DNA from: Desulfocapsa sp.
GTDB lineage: Bacteria; Desulfobacterota; Desulfobulbia; Desulfobulbales; Desulfocapsaceae
DNA length: 64,000 nt
NCBI GenBank assembly: GCA_024763035.1
Contig: JANTGG010000002.1
Location: 48,970 to 112,969, forward strand
Reading direction: 5' to 3'
Part shown: piece after piece, positions 58,868 to 64,000 of the stretch
Numbering within the stretch: position 1 is the first letter of the stretch
Layout: each line of letters begins with the position of its first letter
Position numbers and translations under genes: made by a program
Notes under the pieces: model-generated
Databases searched by the model: none
Seen by the model: only the letters and a program-made list of their open reading frames with translations
Told to the model about the DNA's origin: nothing

Positions 58868-59596
58868 TCAGCTGTTCATCCCTCCCGTATGAATTTCCAG
58901 TTCGTCCCGTTCCTGAATCTTCTCCACCTTTCCGTCCCGAATCCAGATAACCTGATCCGAGACGTTCAGCATTTTGAAATCATGGGTGGCTGAAATAACC
59001 GTTACCCCCTGGTTTGCACTCATCTCTTTTAAGAGAGAAATGACCTCTTCACCGGTTGCCAGGTCGAGGTTGCCGGTGGGTTCATCGGCAAGGATGATGG
59101 CGGGACTGTTTGCAAGGGCACGTGCCACGGCAACCCGCTGCTGCTGACCGCCGGAGAGCTCAGACGGCTTGTGGTTATGACGCCCTTCCAGCCCCACCTG
59201 CCTGAGCAGTTTCATGCCGCGTTCAGTGGAGGCTTCTCCCGGCATGCCGCCAAAGGTCATGGGCAGGGTGACGTTTTCCAGGGCTGTCATCACAGGAATC
59301 AGGTTGAATGTCTGAAAGATATAGCCGATCTTTCGGCAGCGAAGCCAGGCGAGTTCGTATGCGTCGAGTTGAGCAATATCCACTTCATCAATAAAGACCT
59401 TCCCCGCAGTTGGTTTGTCCAGTCCTCCTATCATGTTGAAGATAGTGGATTTTCCTGATCCAGATGGACCCATGATTGAGACATATTTACCGGTTTCAAT
59501 GCTGAGGTCGATCCCTTTCAGGACCTTGACCACGATTTTCCCGAGATCAAAATCTTTTGTGACATCGGTTACCCGAACGATATTTTTTACACTCAT
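58868..59596 (-). CDS. LolD/MacB-type ABC ATPase
   Basis: GPSGSGKST, LSGGQQQRVAVARAL, LADEPTGNLD, ATHD. Confidence 0.93.
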   Translation of the reverse strand: MSVKNIVRVTDVTKDFDLGKIVVKVLKGIDLSIETGKYVSIMGPSGSGKSTIFNMIGGLDKPTAGKVFIDEVDIAQLDAYELAWLRCRKIGYIFQTFNLIPVMTALENVTLPMTFGGMPGEASTERGMKLLRQVGLEGRHNHKPSELSGGQQQRVAVARALANSPAIILADEPTGNLDLATGEEVISLLKEMSANQGVTVISATHDFKMLNVSDQVIWIRDGKVEKIQERDELEIHTGGMNS

Positions 59597-59631
59597 ATAC
59601 TGAGGTCCTTCACCACCGCTTTGGAGATGGG

Positions 59632-60282
59632 CTACTGTTCTACACGCATTGCCTCAACGGGCTGCATCCGGGAGGCTATTATCGCCGGATACAAAACCCC
59701 AATGAGGCTGAGACTGATTCCAATAAGTACGGATGTTGCCATGGAGAGAACAAAAGACTGATAGGGAGGGGTGGCAAATGCCTCACTTCCGAAACGAAAC
59801 CAGGCAGTGAGAACGGCAAACAGACCCCCGCCCAGAGCACCAATGACTGCCCCGGCAAAACCCTGCATGGCAGCTTCCATGACAAAGATACGAACGATAA
59901 AGCGGTCAAGTGCCCCCAGACATTTCATGGTGCCGATTTCCCGGAAGCGTTCGCTGACGGACATCAGCTGGGCATTAATAATGCCCACGATGCAGACCAG
60001 CATGGAGAGGGTGAGAATCCACCGCTGTTTGGGAGATGATGCGAGACTGGTATCTCCGGGGAGCACGTCATAGCCGCAGCGGATAAGGGTCTGGCACGTG
60101 GTGTTGTCACCGCTTGCAAGCATTCCATCTGCGATATTGATGCTGATTTGGGAAAATGCCAGAAAGGAAACGGCGAGAACCAGGGTTACAGTGGTGACGA
60201 TGGAGCGAAAGAAGCGGGCACGGATTGATTTGTAGGCAATCTCCACGGATTTGCTCCAGGGCAGCACGATAAGGCGGCTCAT
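59632..60282 (-). CDS. Minimal FtsX/MacB-type ABC permease with almost no periplasmic domain
   Basis: SIRARFFRSIVT (TM1), a loop of about 40 aa, SVSERFREIGTMKCLGA. Confidence 0.85.
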   Translation of the reverse strand: MSRLIVLPWSKSVEIAYKSIRARFFRSIVTTVTLVLAVSFLAFSQISINIADGMLASGDNTTCQTLIRCGYDVLPGDTSLASSPKQRWILTLSMLVCIVGIINAQLMSVSERFREIGTMKCLGALDRFIVRIFVMEAAMQGFAGAVIGALGGGLFAVLTAWFRFGSEAFATPPYQSFVLSMATSVLIGISLSLIGVLYPAIIASRMQPVEAMRVEQ

Positions 60283-60324
60283 ACTGTAAATCCTTTTCGG
60301 GTCATCGTAGTGTTTTTTTTGTTT

Positions 60325-62520
60325 TCAGGATGAGGGTTTTGCTGCCAGCTGGTCTTTAATCACCTGGTACATGGTTTCCGGATGCAGGGGTTTGCTGATA
60401 TAGTCATCCATGCCGGCATCAAGGCATTTTTGCCGATCACCCTGTATGGCATGGGCGGTCATGGCAATAATGGGGATATGGCCGCCTGTCAGTTTTTCGT
60501 GATCCCGAATGGCTTTGGTTGCCTGGTAGCCGTCCAGTTCAGGCATCTGTATGTCCATCAGTATAGCATCAAATGATTCTTTTTTGAAGCATTCAACTGC
60601 TTCACGTCCATTGGCAGCAGAAACAATGGTGATCCCCTTTTTTTCCAGGAGTGCTTTGGCAAGCAGCAGGTTGACAGTTTCATCTTCAGCAAGCAGAATA
60701 ACCGCATCCTGAAACGGCGATCGCCGGTTGGATACTATTTCTTTTGTCTGTTTCATTGCTACACTGTCTTGCTCCGGGAGCTTGAAATGGCTGATAAACC
60801 AGAACGTCGTTCCTTTGTTTTTCTCACTGATAAGATGCAGCTTTCCACCCATCAGCCGGCAGAGTTGGCTGGAAATCGTAAGTCCCAGTCCTGTTCCGCC
60901 GTATTTTCGTGTGTGTGAGGTGTCCGCCTGGGTAAATGATTCAAAAACACGATCCTGTTCCTCTCTGGCAATTCCTATGCCGGTATCTTTTACTGCAAAG
61001 TAGAGGGTACAATGACCGTCCTGTATTTCCTCCAGGTGGATTATGAGGGAAACCGATCCGACCTGAGTAAATTTTAAGCCATTATTAACAAGATTTGTTA
61101 ATATCTGCATCAGACGTGTGGGGTCTCCGATAAGTTTTTCGGGAATATCGGGAGCAAGGTAGCTGCGTAACTCCACCTTCTGGCTGTCTGCCTGGGGAGC
61201 CATTAGAAAAAAGAGTTCGTTTATTTTTTCCTCAAGGGAAAAAGGAATGGCTTCGAGCTGCAGCTTGCCCGCTTCGATTTTGGAAAAATCGAGTATACTG
61301 TTGATCACGTCAAGCAGTCTGGTGGTTGAACTGTCGACTATCTGCAGCTGTTGCCGCTGTTCCCGGGAAAGCTCACTGTTTAACAAAAGGTTCGTCATCC
61401 CCATAATACCGTTCATGGGAGTGCGGATCTCATGGCTCATGTTTGCCAGAAAATCACCCTTCGCCTTGTTGGCACTTTCCGCCTCATCCCTTGCCTGGAT
61501 AAGAGACTTTTCCGTATTTTTACGCTGTTCGATCTCCTTTACCATTTTTGCTGTGAGCTGTCTTTCTGTGTTTTTTGAGATAAAATTTATGGTCAGCAGA
61601 TAACCAAGGACGATGGAAAGAAACAGGACGGTGAGAACAGTCGGATAGACAGGCTGCTTTTTTTCAAGGGTGTATACATGCCAGCCGGGAAGATCAATCG
61701 GGGTCACTGCAACTCTGTAGGAAGTGTTGTCGAGCTGCACGTCATCTTCTGTGAGGTCAAAAGGGAGATCGGATAGCGGTTCGTTTCCAAACTGTCTGGA
61801 TTGTATGAGTTTCTCCTTTTCCCGGGCGGGCAGAGGTCTGCCTGCATGAAAGAGCCACTGGTCGTATCCATTGGAAGTGGCGAAGACAATATCCGTATCA
61901 GAGAGCAGAAAGGAGATCCTGGGAGTATTATCGGTGAGTATGGCGGAGAGCTGTTCCATTCCCGATTTAATGACCACCACACCCACGACTGTTTCCTGAT
62001 TGTCGCGTATGGGAGAGCTGAAATAGAGTCCGCGTTTATTGGTGGTTACTCCAAGGGCAGCGTAACAGTAACTGTGCCCTGCCATGGCGTTGCTAAAGTA
62101 GGGGCGGAAGCGGTAGTTGTTTCCCTGCAGTATGATGTCGTCGCTGGTGCTGGAGGCTGTTACCAGTCCTTCTTTATTCATCACATAGACAAAGGCTGCA
62201 GCAAGGATATCTCTTACAGCAGCTAACTCAGCGAGCAGTGCTTTTCCCGGCGCAGGTTCTTTCTGGAGGGCACTGCTGAGGATTTCAGGTCGTCTGCCCA
62301 GTTTCCGGGTGGCATTGGTGAACTGTTTTGTCAGAAGGGAATTGATATGGTCGGCGGTTGTTGCGGAGTGGCGGATATTATTTTTGATACTGTATATCTT
62401 TTGTCCCTGGAGGACAATGAGGAGCATAACCATAAAAACCAGCAGACAGTTGAGAAACAGGAAGAGGAGCTTCTTTCTCAGGGCATCATGGGTAGCGGCA
62501 ATTCGAACTGGGTTTGTCAT
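60325..62520 (-). CDS. Hybrid histidine kinase (DctB-like Cache, HisKA, HATPase, REC)
   Basis: [10 protein letters not shown] Cache motif, [30 protein letters not shown]. Confidence 0.92.
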   Translation of the reverse strand: MTNPVRIAATHDALRKKLLFLFLNCLLVFMVMLLIVLQGQKIYSIKNNIRHSATTADHINSLLTKQFTNATRKLGRRPEILSSALQKEPAPGKALLAELAAVRDILAAAFVYVMNKEGLVTASSTSDDIILQGNNYRFRPYFSNAMAGHSYCYAALGVTTNKRGLYFSSPIRDNQETVVGVVVIKSGMEQLSAILTDNTPRISFLLSDTDIVFATSNGYDQWLFHAGRPLPAREKEKLIQSRQFGNEPLSDLPFDLTEDDVQLDNTSYRVAVTPIDLPGWHVYTLEKKQPVYPTVLTVLFLSIVLGYLLTINFISKNTERQLTAKMVKEIEQRKNTEKSLIQARDEAESANKAKGDFLANMSHEIRTPMNGIMGMTNLLLNSELSREQRQQLQIVDSSTTRLLDVINSILDFSKIEAGKLQLEAIPFSLEEKINELFFLMAPQADSQKVELRSYLAPDIPEKLIGDPTRLMQILTNLVNNGLKFTQVGSVSLIIHLEEIQDGHCTLYFAVKDTGIGIAREEQDRVFESFTQADTSHTRKYGGTGLGLTISSQLCRLMGGKLHLISEKNKGTTFWFISHFKLPEQDSVAMKQTKEIVSNRRSPFQDAVILLAEDETVNLLLAKALLEKKGITIVSAANGREAVECFKKESFDAILMDIQMPELDGYQATKAIRDHEKLTGGHIPIIAMTAHAIQGDRQKCLDAGMDDYISKPLHPETMYQVIKDQLAAKPSS

Positions 62521-62647
62521 ACCATGGTGATGAGCAGATTTTTCCGGTGCCGGAGTGAGCTGAATGATTGTCTCGGTGGATCATCTCCTGCAAGCATATC
62601 GTGTTCCCTGTGGACTTGTCAATGAATACGATTCCCAGTTTTTAATG

Positions 62648-62680
62648 AAAAAAAAGGGAAGACCTGTCAAGGTCTTCCCT
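62648..62680 (-). terminator. Intrinsic terminator after the tatA genes
   Basis: AGGGAAGACC-N6-GGTCTTCCCT followed by a T tract on the minus strand. Confidence 0.85.
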
Positions 62681-62724
62681 GATATAAAAAGGCAATGGGG
62701 ATGATAGTGTTTTCCGGTCTGTGT

Positions 62725-62979
62725 TTATTTTAAAATCTTACTGATATTACCGATGTTTTTCACTGTGTCGATCTTGTCTTTTACTGCAGAGACCTCTTTG
62801 ACTCCCGGTACATCGTCAATGATGCTCTTTCCGCTCTCTTCAATATCACCCATCCCTTTTTTAAAGGAAGAGATCGCCTTACCAAGACCGGAGCCCAGTT
62901 CGGGGAGTTTTTTACCGCCGAAGACAAGTACGGCAATGCCCAGGATTACGATAAGTTCCGGTGTTCCAAGTCCAAACAT
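62725..62979 (-). CDS. tatA: TatA/E family subunit, copy 2
   Basis: MFGLGTPELIVIL...VFGGKKLPELGSGLGKAISSFKKG. Confidence 0.9.
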   Translation of the reverse strand: MFGLGTPELIVILGIAVLVFGGKKLPELGSGLGKAISSFKKGMGDIEESGKSIIDDVPGVKEVSAVKDKIDTVKNIGNISKILK

Positions 62980-63024
62980 GGGTGGTTCTCCTGTTGAGGG
63001 AAAAGGCTGCCTGAATGGGGACGA

Positions 63025-63210
63025 TCAGGTGGCAGAATCGTCTTTCGATTCGTCGTCGATAGATTTTGTCTCTTCTTTTTTGGTAGCATCTTTGAAATTT
63101 TTGATCCCCTTTCCAATTCCTGACCCAATTTCAGGCAGTTTGCCTGCTCCGAAAATAATAACAATGATGACCAGAATAACTATCAGCTCCGGCATACCAA
63201 GTCCAAACAT
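63025..63210 (-). CDS. tatA: TatA/E family subunit, copy 1
   Basis: [13 protein letters not shown]...[24 protein letters not shown]. Confidence 0.93.
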   Translation of the reverse strand: MFGLGMPELIVILVIIVIIFGAGKLPEIGSGIGKGIKNFKDATKKEETKSIDDESKDDSAT

Positions 63211-63245
63211 AGCAATCCTCTATATAAAAATGGAATAATAAAACG

Positions 63246-63338
63246 CGATTTCCATTAAAGCACAGGTAAGCTGGATCTGATGCAGGGCTGATCTCCTGCG
63301 GTTCCATTTCGCATTTACCTGAGCTTCAATGGTAATCA
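63246..63338 (-). mobile_element. MITE-like family A, copy 5 (inverted; single-hairpin core)
   Basis: Reverse complement TGATTACCATTGAAGCTCAGGTAAATGCGAAATGGAACC-GCAGGagatcagcCCTGC-...CTGTGCTTTAATGGAAATCG. Confidence 0.75.
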
Positions 63339-63484
63339 TGTAATAAAAATACAGTTACAACCTGCAAACGACCAATATCGACACTGAACGACAAGCCGGC
63401 AGCAGCTCTCTGCAGATAATTCCCTGTGAATGAAACAGGAACGTATCCGTAAACAAATAAATGTAGAGCAGTCGGCATGGAATG

Positions 63485-64000
63485 TCAATCTTTTCCATAT
63501 CGGGAGATCGTTTGAGCAATGCTTCGCATTGTATCAAGGATCTCTGCCTCGTCCAGGGTGAGCAGTGTACGATTTTCCATAAGCAGTTGTCCGTTCACAA
63601 CAGAGTGCAGCACATCAGCCCCGCGGGCGGCATAGACCAGATGGGAAGGGATGTTGTAGAGGGGGGTGAGGTGGGGCTGGTTCATGTCAAGTACAATGAG
63701 ATCCGCCTTTTTGCCAACAGCAAGTGTACCGCAGGTCTTGTCTGCCAGAAGTGCTTCTGCTCCGCCAAGGGTGGCTGCCGAAAGGGTCTGCTCAGCGGTC
63801 ATGGCAGTGGGATCCATGCGGGCCGCTTTATGTACTTTGGCGACGGTGTTCATCTCGCCGAACATATCCACATCGTTATTGGAGGCGGCACCGTCTGTAC
63901 CGATTGACACCAAAACGCCGGCATTGAGCATTTTTACCACCGGTGCAGTGCCGGATGCGAGTTTCATGTTGGATTCCTGACAGTGGGAGACTTTGACCTT
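63485..64000 (-). CDS. Amidohydrolase, MTA/SAH-deaminase-like (5' part lies beyond the window)
   Basis: VSHCQESNMKLASG, GTDGAASNND, GKKAD; frame open to the window edge. Confidence 0.85.
   Translation of the reverse strand, partial: KVKVSHCQESNMKLASGTAPVVKMLNAGVLVSIGTDGAASNNDVDMFGEMNTVAKVHKAARMDPTAMTAEQTLSAATLGGAEALLADKTCGTLAVGKKADLIVLDMNQPHLTPLYNIPSHLVYAARGADVLHSVVNGQLLMENRTLLTLDEAEILDTMRSIAQTISRYGKD

Overview
A 64 kb, mostly chromosomal core-type segment, probably from a sulfate/sulfur-reducing Desulfobacterota (Desulfobulbales-like; inferred from gene content, not proven). About 55 CDSs, with no rRNA, tRNA, CRISPR array, transposase or prophage seen. In order: an XRE-HTH/TM/EF-hand regulator with a paralogous secreted partner; an SOS mutagenesis cassette (lexA-DUF72-imuB-dnaE2) with a duplicated operator-like 18-mer; an acyl-CoA ligase and FadL; an RHH/Cys4 regulator heading znuACB; a tRNA nucleotidyltransferase; xerD (no canonical start codon); rpsU; a GlcD-like oxidase; ddl; an RpoD-like alternative sigma factor; a GAF sigma-54 activator; a 10 kb cluster of four paralogous histidine kinases, a diguanylate cyclase and two response regulators; a second FadL; serS; tatC; ftsB; a UDG-like protein; a PqqD-family gene; an unusual ABC exporter with a cNMP-binding partner; a triheme cytochrome; and tandem tatA genes. 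The best candidate for an uncharacterised system is the minus-strand operon at 49803-60282. It encodes a mini FtsX permease, a LolD-like ATPase, a 1613-aa M28-peptidase-like/MacB fusion and two OPT-like membrane proteins, and a PqqD/RRE gene lies 6 kb downstream. Two dispersed intergenic repeat families were found by eye: a MITE-like element with a nested GTAG-REP core (5 copies) and a 61-bp structured repeat (2 copies). All family assignments come from motif recognition, with no database searches.
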